From: Bdellovibrionia bacterium
GTDB lineage: Bacteria; Bdellovibrionota; UBA1018
Direction of reading: 5' to 3'
DNA: 23,271 nucleotides
Assembly: GCA_049424145.1 (NCBI GenBank)
Contig: JBMSSC010000034.1
Span: forward strand, 1 to 23,271
Part shown: positions 14,466 through 23,116 of the stretch, piece by piece
Layout: each line of letters starts with the position of its first letter
Position numbering within the stretch: the stretch's first letter is position 1
Notes under the pieces: generated by a model
Databases searched by the model: none
What the model was told of the DNA's origin: nothing
Seen by the model: only the letters and a program-made list of their open reading frames with translations
Made by a program: the position numbers and the translations under genes

Positions 14466-16136
14466 CTAAGAAGTGACTTCCGACTCACTCGTCAGGGGTT
14501 CGGACTGAGATTTTTTCTGGGCCTCTAAAACCGCATGTGCTTCCTCTAATTCCTTCTGAGTGGCATGAGCATCGCGGCCTAAGATTTTAATCAATCCTTC
14601 TTCTGCTTTCTTCTTTCTTGCGGCTGAAGCCTGAGAGATTCGGCACAGACCGTCCACCAAAATCGGACAGAACTGTTCAATGTGTCGAATTTTCTCTTCC
14701 AGTTCACTTTCTTTGGTTTCTTTTCGAATGTGTTTCGATAACTTTTGACCGGCCTGAATCAGAGCCCGACGAATTTCATCCACGAGCTCATCGGAGGCAT
14801 CAATTGTTTCTTTGGACGCATTTTTAAACTTAATAAACGGAGACACCACGCTGACGGCAATGATGTAGGGTCCTTGGGGAAGAGAGTCCTTGGGCTGGGT
14901 GATACCATAGGCACGCCAATTGACGGATTCAATGGCACGCACAATGGCACATGCCGCCTTATCAAACTGCAGAGGAACCCGATTCGCAAAGCGCAGCACT
15001 TGAACAGCACTTTCGGCTTCAATCGCCTTATCTTCCAAGCGAGCTACGGCCACCTCCACCTGAACGGGCTTAAAATCGCAGATCGCAGGCTTTCTGGACA
15101 CGACGGAGAAGAAGTCCACCGCTCCCAGTCTTCGAATGCTTTTGGCAAACCCCTGCTCTCCAATCGATAAAACGGACTTGGTCGAAGGAGCCATGAGCTT
15201 TAAGTTTTGTAATCCAATGAAGAGTTCCTTAAATGAAATCTCATTCAAAGAATCCACGGACTTTTCAAATTGTCCTTTGGGAAGGCCTGCTGCGATCAAT
15301 TCTTGAATCACGCCTTCATGAACCCGAGAAAATCCTTTTTTTAGCCAATTCGAAACGCTCATGCGTCCAAAAAGATGGGAGTGAGCAATAAACTCCCCAA
15401 GCTTCATGGTATGAGGATGCGGCTCAGTGGCCTCTGGAACCTCAGGCACGTCTTTTGAGACTCGCTCAATGGCCTGAACTTCCATCTCAGGAAGCTTATA
15501 TTTTAAGGTCAAATGAGGATTCACCAAGGCGGTCCCATTTAAATAATTCAACAAGCCGGCTTCACCGTTGAGCTGAATACGACCGTCCACTAAAAACTCA
15601 ACGGATGTCCCCGAGGAACGATCCCAATCCAGGGTCATCTTTTCTTTGATCAGGCCTTTGTTGTTCTTAATGTCGACTTCCACAACACAGGAGACGGCTT
15701 TTCTCATGCTGGGAGTTTTTGTAATGATTCGAGCCCCTGTTGCACTGGTGAGCTGAGCCCAGGTTGTCGCAGCTGAAATCCCAATTCCTTGCTGCCCGCG
15801 TGAGCACCGCCCTTTGCCAAACTTGGAGGAAGCCAAGTACTCTCCAAACACTTTGGGAATGTCCTCAGGATCGATACCTGGGCCATTGTCCTCAACCCGA
15901 ATGAGGATCTGATCGGAATTCTTCAAAGAGCCTGCCCCTTTTTTCTCCAAGGTGACGGCAATCTCGGGGAGGATCCCATGTTCCTCGCAGGCATCTAAGG
16001 CATTATCCACAGCCTCTTTTAGGGTGGTTAAGATGGCCTTGGTTTGAGACGAAAACCCCACCTGCTGAAGGTTTTTTGAGAAATACTCAGCGGTGCTGCT
16101 TGTTGTGATTTTATTGCTGCCAGCTCTTTTTGCCAT
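14466..16136 (-). CDS. top6B: DNA topoisomerase VI subunit B (GHKL ATPase plus transducer)
   Basis: S.AEYF.KN....GF, KEAVDNALDACEE.GILP, VEDNGPGI, SRGQQGIGISAA, NPH, PHPH, RFANRVPL, F.NASKE. Start refined to ATG 16136. Confidence 0.95.
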   Translation of the reverse strand: MAKRAGSNKITTSSTAEYFSKNLQQVGFSSQTKAILTTLKEAVDNALDACEEHGILPEIAVTLEKKGAGSLKNSDQILIRVEDNGPGIDPEDIPKVFGEYLASSKFGKGRCSRGQQGIGISAATTWAQLTSATGARIITKTPSMRKAVSCVVEVDIKNNKGLIKEKMTLDWDRSSGTSVEFLVDGRIQLNGEAGLLNYLNGTALVNPHLTLKYKLPEMEVQAIERVSKDVPEVPEATEPHPHTMKLGEFIAHSHLFGRMSVSNWLKKGFSRVHEGVIQELIAAGLPKGQFEKSVDSLNEISFKELFIGLQNLKLMAPSTKSVLSIGEQGFAKSIRRLGAVDFFSVVSRKPAICDFKPVQVEVAVARLEDKAIEAESAVQVLRFANRVPLQFDKAACAIVRAIESVNWRAYGITQPKDSLPQGPYIIAVSVVSPFIKFKNASKETIDASDELVDEIRRALIQAGQKLSKHIRKETKESELEEKIRHIEQFCPILVDGLCRISQASAARKKKAEEGLIKILGRDAHATQKELEEAHAVLEAQKKSQSEPLTSESEVTS

Positions 16137-16185
16137 GAGCGGATTCAACCTTAAATGCAATCCTTCTGTCAATCCGTTTGAAAGC

Positions 16186-17232
16186 TTAAGATGAGATATT
16201 TTCCCGTTGCAGGAAAATATCGAGCGTGACCCCAAAAAGAGCCGCAATCACGGGTCCTAAAAAAACCCCAGAAAAGCCAAATGCTTGAAGACCTCCAAAA
16301 GCAGCGACAAACGCCACAAGGGGATGGATCTGAGCTGAGCCTTTTAAAAACAGCGGCCGAATGAAGTTGTCTAAAATAGAAATCACTCCAGCCATAACAA
16401 AAAGAATAATTCCTACGGTCTGATGGCCTTGCAAAAGCTGTTCAAAGGCAACCCCAAGAGTCACAGGCAAAGTCCCAACGACCGGAACAAATGAAGCCAA
16501 GAAAACGCCAAAAGAGATAAAAGCCGCATTCGGAACCCCCGTGATCAAACAAGTCACCCCCTCCACCAACGCTTGGAGCAAACCCGACACAACAGAGGCC
16601 AAAATGACGGAACGACACGAAGTGGCCACGGTTTTCATGACTCGCTCCGTCTCGGCAGCAGAGAGAACCGAGTTCTTCCGAATTTTCTTGGTTAACAAAC
16701 GCCCATCGACTAAGAAAAAGTAGACGCTCACCACGGTGACCAATAGACCCAGCAAAAACCCAGGGAGCTGACTTAACGTGCCACCTAAGACTTGCGTGAT
16801 CCGAACGCCAACACTTTGAGCTACCCCCAACAATGAGTCCTTCAGATTGGAAAGATCAAAGGAAAAGAAATGCTGAACCAAACGAAATAACGGGTGATTC
16901 AATGCCGAGTCAACCACTGAACTCAGCCAATCCTCTCCACTTAAGCTCGAACTGAGTCGAGCAGGATCTGTCCATGCCTGAATTTGAATGAGTAAGCTTT
17001 TGACTGCTGAAACGGTCAAAAGAGAAATCGGCAGAATCAGGACCAATGTAATTCCTAGGGTCAGAAGGCTTGCAGCAATCACCGGAGGAACTCCCTTTTT
17101 TTCCATTCGAAACTGAAATGGAATAAAAAGAACGGCAACCACTGCCCCCATCACGATGGGAAGTAACAGGGGATGCGCCACATAAAAAGAGAGCGCCGTC
17201 ACGGACCAGAAAAAAAACTTTCGATGATCCAT
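16186..17232 (-). CDS. AI-2E family transporter (PerM/TqsA-like)
   Basis: Multi-TM protein with YFFLVDG, SFVPVVG, DNFIRP, IHPL...A.FGG...FG..G.FLGPVI. Start refined to ATG 17232, 5 nt after the upstream stop. Confidence 0.92.
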   Translation of the reverse strand: MDHRKFFFWSVTALSFYVAHPLLLPIVMGAVVAVLFIPFQFRMEKKGVPPVIAASLLTLGITLVLILPISLLTVSAVKSLLIQIQAWTDPARLSSSLSGEDWLSSVVDSALNHPLFRLVQHFFSFDLSNLKDSLLGVAQSVGVRITQVLGGTLSQLPGFLLGLLVTVVSVYFFLVDGRLLTKKIRKNSVLSAAETERVMKTVATSCRSVILASVVSGLLQALVEGVTCLITGVPNAAFISFGVFLASFVPVVGTLPVTLGVAFEQLLQGHQTVGIILFVMAGVISILDNFIRPLFLKGSAQIHPLVAFVAAFGGLQAFGFSGVFLGPVIAALFGVTLDIFLQRENISS

Positions 17233-17237
17233 CAGTT

Positions 17238-17861
17238 CTATGCAGCCTGCTCGGGATCTTTCACTTCTTCTAAGGTTCCAAACACGTAATCCCAAATCGG
17301 AGAACTCACCCCTAAACGAGTCTCTGGGCTAATGAAATGGTGAATCATGTGACTCTGCTTGAGGTACTTTCCAATCCGGGTTCGAGGCGTGAAATGATGA
17401 ACCGAGAAATGAATATAATCATAGGCCAAGTAACCCATGATGAAAAAAGCAAAAAACGCATCCCCTACGGCACTTCCCAAGCTGAACTGAATCAGCGAAT
17501 AAAAGAGTAAACCCAGGGGAATACTGGCTCCAGGGGGCATCACAAGCCGAGTGGGATCAGTCGGGTCATCGTGGTGTAGCCCATGAAGGATAAAATGGAA
17601 CCTGCGGGCCAGAGCAGTCTGCCCCTCCCAATGAAATAAAAAGCGGTGAAGCACGTACTCCACTAAAGTCCAAAACAAGAATCCAGTGACTCCAATAATG
17701 CCCACTCGATAAGGGCTCAATTGATGAGTCTCAAAACAACGCCAGAGAAGAAAACTGATCACGGGGACCCAAATGATCAGGGGAGTGAGTGGGTGAACAT
17801 GCGTAAACCACTCGAGAACCGGACTTTTAAATACTCGGATACTTTTATATGGTTTTGACAT
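17238..17861 (-). CDS. Fatty acid hydroxylase / sterol desaturase family protein (FA2H/Scs7-like, no cytochrome b5 domain)
   Basis: His boxes WTLVEYVLHRFLFH, HFILHGLHH, RLVMPP, YDYIHFSVHH, HMIHHF, GVSSP.WD.VFGT. Confidence 0.92.
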   Translation of the reverse strand: MSKPYKSIRVFKSPVLEWFTHVHPLTPLIIWVPVISFLLWRCFETHQLSPYRVGIIGVTGFLFWTLVEYVLHRFLFHWEGQTALARRFHFILHGLHHDDPTDPTRLVMPPGASIPLGLLFYSLIQFSLGSAVGDAFFAFFIMGYLAYDYIHFSVHHFTPRTRIGKYLKQSHMIHHFISPETRLGVSSPIWDYVFGTLEEVKDPEQAA

Positions 17862-17926
17862 AATTGCCCCCTACATTACAACCGACTCAGTCTTCAATCA
17901 AATACTATCGTTGAATTCGATTCAGA

Positions 17927-18862
17927 CTACGAACTTTTTCCCAAGCGATTGGGATCTTGGTTCAAGTTGATCGCCACAGCCAGACTCCTCCACTGCAACT
18001 CGAGCAATCCCAGTACCCAACTCACAGGAGTTTCCCTGCTCAGCTGAACGCAGCAGTCGGCTTGAATCTCCTTTTGTCTGAAATCCTCGGAGTGTGCCAC
18101 ATACCAAAGGATGGGCTTGGGAGAAGCTCCGAACCCCTGAGTGAACTGATGGTTTTTAAGCAAGGCGGCTTGAGGTCCATGAAAAAATTCCTCACTCCCA
18201 AAGAATTGAGGAAACACACCGGCCATCTCCATCAGCTTCAAGCGAGCTTCACGCCCGATCCACTCGCCTTCCCATTGCCCTAAAATCACCTGAGGCCCGC
18301 TTCCCACTTGGGCCCTCAACTCCTCGAGATCAAAACAAGCCAAATCCGCAAGCTTCATCCAATGCTCAGCCATCTCAGCTCCCCCAAAGAAGGTGGTCAC
18401 AGCACACACGCTTGCAGTCAGTCCCACCGTGTGCGGTTCGACCTTCTCCAAAGGACAAGTCTTAAGGTGAACCGGTGAAAAGGAGGGACAAGGCGCCTCC
18501 TCTGAGGCCACCCAAATCACCTCCGCACCCCGCTGATGAGCCATCTCTGCTGCTCGGAGAGTTGCAGCAGTTTTACCCCGATGAGTCCAAGCAAAGACCC
18601 AATCCCCCTGAGCAGGCATCCACTCGGATCCCATTTGAAGACTTGAGCCTGACACCAGAGGAACCGCTCCCCACTTTTGCTGAAAGACAGAAGAGCGCCT
18701 CAGAGAAAACGCCGTTAAATGAGCTGCAAAAGTACTGCTACCTTCTCCGAAGAAGAATATCCTGCTTGGCGACTTCAAAGCAAAGGCCTTGTTCTGCTGC
18801 GCTAAAACCACCCTTCTCCAAGCCTCAGGCTGAGACCGAATCGCTTGCTCAACTGAAGTCAT
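17927..18862 (-). CDS. SIS-domain sugar-phosphate isomerase/deaminase (GlmS isomerase-like, no glutaminase domain)
   Basis: I.SQP, GEGSS, WTHRGKT (at the SQSGET position), EARLKLMEMA (cf. EGALKLKE), EEFFHGP. Starts 1 nt after the M20 stop. Confidence 0.8.
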   Translation of the reverse strand: MTSVEQAIRSQPEAWRRVVLAQQNKAFALKSPSRIFFFGEGSSTFAAHLTAFSLRRSSVFQQKWGAVPLVSGSSLQMGSEWMPAQGDWVFAWTHRGKTAATLRAAEMAHQRGAEVIWVASEEAPCPSFSPVHLKTCPLEKVEPHTVGLTASVCAVTTFFGGAEMAEHWMKLADLACFDLEELRAQVGSGPQVILGQWEGEWIGREARLKLMEMAGVFPQFFGSEEFFHGPQAALLKNHQFTQGFGASPKPILWYVAHSEDFRQKEIQADCCVQLSRETPVSWVLGLLELQWRSLAVAINLNQDPNRLGKSS

Positions 18863-18863
18863 C

Positions 18864-20306
18864 TCAACCCCCTTGCTTTGGATTCCACCCCTGAGTTCTG
18901 TTCTCCCAACGTTTTGCTAGCTCGGAAAACAAGTAGACCTGACTCAGACAGGCTTTTTTTAGATCGCTAATTAAAACACTTTCGTTCTCGCCATGAGCAT
19001 TGGTGTAAGGGTCTTCCACCCCAATTAAAAGCGCAGGAATGCCTCCCAACTCCTGAGCAAAAGGCTTCACAAAAGGAATACTCCCCCCACACCCCATTCG
19101 AACGGGATGTTTTCCATAGCCTTCTTTTAAAGCCTGTTGAGCGGCTTCAAACGCCCAACCCTTGGCTTCCACGGACCACGAGCCATGACAAGCTTCCGTT
19201 TTTAGACTCAAATGCAAACCCCACGGCAAATGACTCTTTAGGTGAGCCTGGAGTTTCTCTAAAACATCCTGAGGATCCATGTGATCCACCAGACGAAGGG
19301 TGACTTTCGCCCAAGCGGAATCATTGATGATGTTGCCGGCATTCGACCGAGAGGAAGCACTGAGGGCATTAATCGTTAAACTCGGAGACCTCCAAACGGC
19401 AACCCCGGGGTTCAAATCGGTTTTTAAGAACTGAACTCCGGGAAGCATTCCCGATTGCTTTCGGAACTCCGACTCATCATATGGGATCTGACTCAGTTCT
19501 TTTTTTTCTTCCTCATCGATCGGTTTGAGTTGATCCAAAACCCCTGAAATTTGGATTTGACCTTGCTCATCGACTAATGAAGCCAGAGCTTTGGCCAATC
19601 CCATGGCAGGATCGGGAATCGGCCCGCCCCACATCCCAGAGTGAACGGTTTTTGAAAGGGCTTGAACTTCCACCTCAATTCCAACTAATCCTCGAAGTGC
19701 CACAGTTAAGGCAGGCACCCCACAATCAAAGTTCGAAGTATCCGTTAAAACGAGCACATCGGCCGCGAGCTGTTTTTGATAGGTATTGAGAAATTGAGCC
19801 AGATGGGTGCTTCCCACCTCCTCCTCTCCCTCAATGAACACCTTGACATTGACCGGGAGCTCACCAACCGTCTCTAAATAAGCGGCAATGGCTGAGGTGT
19901 GAACGATGATTCCCGCCTTATCATCGGCACTGCCTCGACCATAGAGCCTCAGTCCTTTCGGTCCTTCTTTCTCAGTCGGCGTAAAAGGAGGCGTCTCCCA
20001 CACGTCTTCACGTCCCACAGGCTGAACATCGTGGTGGGCGTAAAGCAAAAGAGTGGGCTTTCCAGGTGCCTTCAATCGCTCGCCATAAACCGCAGGGTGG
20101 GCGCCTGGGACTTGTAAAATCTGAACGTTCTCCAAACCGCGGTTCCGCAGAAGCTCAGCCACAGCCTCTGCACTTTGCTTCACCGCCTCCGGCGGAAAGC
20201 CTGAAAAACTAATACTCGGGATTTTCACCAAGGTTTTCAAGTCATTCAAATAAAGAGGAAAATTTTCTGATAAAAACTCCGCAACGTTTGAGACCGGATT
20301 GTTCAT
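18864..20306 (-). CDS. M20/M25/M40 family metallo-dipeptidase (Cys-Gly/CNDP2-like subgroup)
   Basis: PTLLLYAHHDVQP, YGRGSADDKAG, EGEEEVGS, LRG, HSG.WGG, GGSIPF, NAHGENE. Confidence 0.93.
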   Translation of the reverse strand: MNNPVSNVAEFLSENFPLYLNDLKTLVKIPSISFSGFPPEAVKQSAEAVAELLRNRGLENVQILQVPGAHPAVYGERLKAPGKPTLLLYAHHDVQPVGREDVWETPPFTPTEKEGPKGLRLYGRGSADDKAGIIVHTSAIAAYLETVGELPVNVKVFIEGEEEVGSTHLAQFLNTYQKQLAADVLVLTDTSNFDCGVPALTVALRGLVGIEVEVQALSKTVHSGMWGGPIPDPAMGLAKALASLVDEQGQIQISGVLDQLKPIDEEEKKELSQIPYDESEFRKQSGMLPGVQFLKTDLNPGVAVWRSPSLTINALSASSRSNAGNIINDSAWAKVTLRLVDHMDPQDVLEKLQAHLKSHLPWGLHLSLKTEACHGSWSVEAKGWAFEAAQQALKEGYGKHPVRMGCGGSIPFVKPFAQELGGIPALLIGVEDPYTNAHGENESVLISDLKKACLSQVYLFSELAKRWENRTQGWNPKQGG

Positions 20307-20312
20307 CTCAGC

Positions 20313-20341
20313 AGTTTGCCAATGCTTGAAACCCTTGACAA
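20313..20341 (-). promoter_or_regulatory. Candidate sigma70 promoter giving a leaderless M20 transcript
   Basis: Minus strand TTGTCA(20341-20336)-17 nt-CAAACT(20318-20313) with an upstream TG. ATG is the 7th base after the -10 box, and there is no obvious SD. Confidence 0.4.
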
Positions 20342-20372
20342 TAGAAAAGGACTATGAAGGTACTGAGGGCAC

Positions 20373-21023
20373 ATGCCCAATCCTCCTTCTTCCACTCGAA
20401 TTAAATTGAATCCCTCGTTTTGGCGTCACATGAGCTGCTTACCGTTTTCCGAAGACGTCGTGCCTTCGAGTTTATTTCTCAAGCACCGACACTTTTTAGT
20501 CATCGACGTGGAAACTCAAAAGCTTGTTCAAGAAGTGGGGGGATGGGACAACGTTCACCTTCTGGGAATCTCCGTGGCTTGTGCCTACGACAGTAAAACG
20601 GATGAGTTTTTGTCCTTTCGAGAAAACGAGCTCAAGAAACTCATCGAGCTCTGTGACGAACGATTAGTGGTGGGCTACAATATTCGTGGGTTTGACCTCC
20701 CCGTGCTTGCCCCCTATGGACTTCAGCCCCAAAAGCTAGATGTCTTTGACATCATGTACGATCTAGAGACCCTCACCCGGCAGCGTTTTCTGAAGCTCGA
20801 AGCCGTTGCACGAGGCACACTCAATGCCGGAAAATCTGCGGATGGACTCTTAGCCGTAGAGTGGTGGAAATCAGGGCAAGTCCAGAAAATTATCGATTAC
20901 TGTCTACAAGACGTCAAAGTCACTCGGGATATTTTTCAATTCGGAAGACAAAACGGATTTGTTCGCATTCAACGCTCTGAGTCCTCCGATAAAATCACTG
21001 AAGTGGCTGTTCAGTGGAATTGA
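20373..21023 (+). CDS. Stand-alone RNase H-like DEDD(y) 3'-5' exonuclease domain (RNase_H_2 / YprB-like)
   Basis: ExoI IDVETQ, ExoII VGYNIRGFDLP, ExoIII YCLQDV, plus L..VA..TL..GKS.DG..A..WW. The true start may be further downstream. Confidence 0.85.
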   Translation: MPNPPSSTRIKLNPSFWRHMSCLPFSEDVVPSSLFLKHRHFLVIDVETQKLVQEVGGWDNVHLLGISVACAYDSKTDEFLSFRENELKKLIELCDERLVVGYNIRGFDLPVLAPYGLQPQKLDVFDIMYDLETLTRQRFLKLEAVARGTLNAGKSADGLLAVEWWKSGQVQKIIDYCLQDVKVTRDIFQFGRQNGFVRIQRSESSDKITEVAVQWN

Positions 21024-21144
21024 AGACTGACGTCTGTTTTTTGCAGTGTCCCATGACAGATTCATGAAATCCGTTAAAATCAGATATTCCACGGATGGCA
21101 GAGATCACACCCACGGACGGGTTTTCCCTGCGCTCGAGTTCCCG

Positions 21145-21174
21145 TTGACAGCAGGGCCTCCTCTGACGCATGAT
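21145..21174 (+). promoter_or_regulatory. Candidate sigma70 promoter of the 5'-nucleotidase gene
   Basis: TTGACA(21145-21150)-18 nt-CATGAT(21169-21174). The track ATG at 21170 lies inside this -10 box, which favours ATG 21185 as the start. Confidence 0.5.
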
Positions 21175-21184
21175 TCCGCAACCT

Positions 21185-23095
21185 ATGACACTCAGCCCAC
21201 GTGGTCTTTTTCTCATCCTCGTTCTCACTCTCTCTCCAGCTTGCAGCACTCTTTTTCAAAAAAGCCCTGAGGAGACCTCCTCACGCTGGCAAGGCTCCTT
21301 CTCCACCGAGGAGGGACTCGAAACGGTGGTCATTGTCGGCACGAATGACCTTCACGGCACTCTGGCTCCTATTCAATCCAAATCCCGAGAAAAACCCGGC
21401 ATCCCCTCAGTCTCTTATGAATTTGGAGGAGCCTCACAACTGGCCGCTTACCTGAAGACCCTTCAAGACGAGTTTCAAGAGCATCTGATCTGGTTAGACG
21501 GAGGGGATCAGTTTCAAGGCTCCATCGAGAGCAACACCGAACTCGGACAACCGATGGTTCGTTTTTTTGAGCTCGCAGGCCTCAGTGCCTCAGCCGTAGG
21601 AAACCATGAGTTTGATTTTGGGCTTCCCACTTTAAAACAACGACTCAGCGAAGCCCACTACCCCTACCTTGCGGCTAACGTGCGGGACCGAGAAACGCAA
21701 AAACTGGCTCCCTTTCCCAACACGTTTACCCGAAAAATGCTTAAAGCTGGCTCCCTTCAAGTGGGAGTCATTGGGCTATCCACTGAGTTTACTCCTGTGA
21801 CCACACGCCCCATCAACGTTCAATCTTTGGCTTTTGAAAACCTCAAAGAAGCCACACTCCGAGAAGCACAATTACTGCGAGAGCAAGGGGCTCACCTCGT
21901 TCTGGTTGCCGCTCACGCGGGAGTGGAATGCGAGACACAACCGACCTCTTTTGAACAGACCCTAAGAAAACCCCTGGACCCTCAAGGGGGCTGCAACGAT
22001 CAAGATGAAATGTATCAGCTGCTTCATGCCCTACCGGCAGGAACCATTGATGCCGTGGTGTCGGGCCACACACATACCCTGGTTCACCACTGGATTGCAG
22101 GGGTACCTGTGATTCAAGGTGGAGCTTTTGGAAAGTACTTGAATTTGATCTATCTGACTTATGATTGGAAAAAGAAAAAACTCAGACCCGATCAGACTCG
22201 AATTGAAGGCCCCATTCCTGTTTGCTCCAAGGTATTTGCCCATCAGCAAAACTGTGATGGATCCAAGCCTGCGCCGCCCGAGGGACGAGGGCCGTTGATT
22301 GACCCCGTGTTTCATGGACGCAGCCTTAAAAAGGATCCCCAAGTGGAGGCTTTTCTCTCTCAGGTCCTGGCGAAATCGGAATCCGTGAAAAACAAGGTGA
22401 TCGGAACAGCCGTACGCCCCTTGGAGCATCGAAGACTCAAGGAGTCAGAGCTCGGAAACCTCATTGCCGACTCCATTCGAGCTGCGGTGCATTCGGATGT
22501 TGCTTACATGAATCCCGGTGGAGTCAGGGCCCCGATTGAGGCTGGAAAAATTACCTACGGCGACCTCTTTCGATCCCTTCCTTTTGAAAACCAGATTGTC
22601 ACCATCCGAGTCACGGGACGAGAGCTGAAGCAAATCATTCAAGTAGCCCAAAGCGGATACCGGGGCTTTGGCTCAGTCTCGGGATTGAAAATGCGCTTGA
22701 TTGACCCAGCGTACCCAGCACCTTTTGTGGACCTGGATGGCTCTGGCCGCCATGATTTATGGAAATTAAACCGGCTCTTAGACCTAAGACTCTCTGATGG
22801 AACGAGGATTGAGGACTCGAAGACCTATTCCCTGGCCCTCTCGGACTTCTTGGCATCAGGAGGGGATGATATGGGCTGGCCTATGTCGCAGATCTCAAAG
22901 GATCGCGTTCACTATGAAAAGGGTGTCATGGCTCGCGACGCATTGCTTCATTGGATTGAACTGAGCGGCCCGCTGAACTCCGAGGATCACCCCTTGGTGA
23001 ACCCCGCCGAGCCGCGTCTTCAATTTGAAGTCCCGGGTCATCCTCCCCGCAAATCGAAAAAACACAGAAAATCACGACACAAGAGAAATTCCTAA
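21185..23095 (+). CDS. Bifunctional metallophosphatase/5'-nucleotidase, predicted lipoprotein
   Basis: Lipobox LSPA-C. TNDLHG, DGGDQFQG, GNHEFDFG, AHAG, SGHTH, plus the C-terminal domain motifs ESELGNLIAD, N.GGVR, LPFEN, FLASGGD. Basic C-terminal tail. Confidence 0.93.
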   Translation: MTLSPRGLFLILVLTLSPACSTLFQKSPEETSSRWQGSFSTEEGLETVVIVGTNDLHGTLAPIQSKSREKPGIPSVSYEFGGASQLAAYLKTLQDEFQEHLIWLDGGDQFQGSIESNTELGQPMVRFFELAGLSASAVGNHEFDFGLPTLKQRLSEAHYPYLAANVRDRETQKLAPFPNTFTRKMLKAGSLQVGVIGLSTEFTPVTTRPINVQSLAFENLKEATLREAQLLREQGAHLVLVAAHAGVECETQPTSFEQTLRKPLDPQGGCNDQDEMYQLLHALPAGTIDAVVSGHTHTLVHHWIAGVPVIQGGAFGKYLNLIYLTYDWKKKKLRPDQTRIEGPIPVCSKVFAHQQNCDGSKPAPPEGRGPLIDPVFHGRSLKKDPQVEAFLSQVLAKSESVKNKVIGTAVRPLEHRRLKESELGNLIADSIRAAVHSDVAYMNPGGVRAPIEAGKITYGDLFRSLPFENQIVTIRVTGRELKQIIQVAQSGYRGFGSVSGLKMRLIDPAYPAPFVDLDGSGRHDLWKLNRLLDLRLSDGTRIEDSKTYSLALSDFLASGGDDMGWPMSQISKDRVHYEKGVMARDALLHWIELSGPLNSEDHPLVNPAEPRLQFEVPGHPPRKSKKHRKSRHKRNS

Positions 23096-23116
23096 AATTG
23101 TGATACCCTAGGAACT

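Noticed and set aside
13283..16136. Top6A/GHKL pair as an anti-plasmid or anti-phage system (e.g. Wadjet JetD-like) or as meiotic Spo11
   Set aside because: Both subunits show canonical full-length Topo VI motifs in the usual B-A order, with no SMC/kleisin or other defence genes nearby.
11113..17295. N-terminal extensions in the ORF track for cstA (11247), globin (12765), top6A (14488), top6B (16247) and AI-2E (17295)
   Set aside because: Each overlaps a neighbouring gene and precedes the family-like sequence. Downstream starts fit better.
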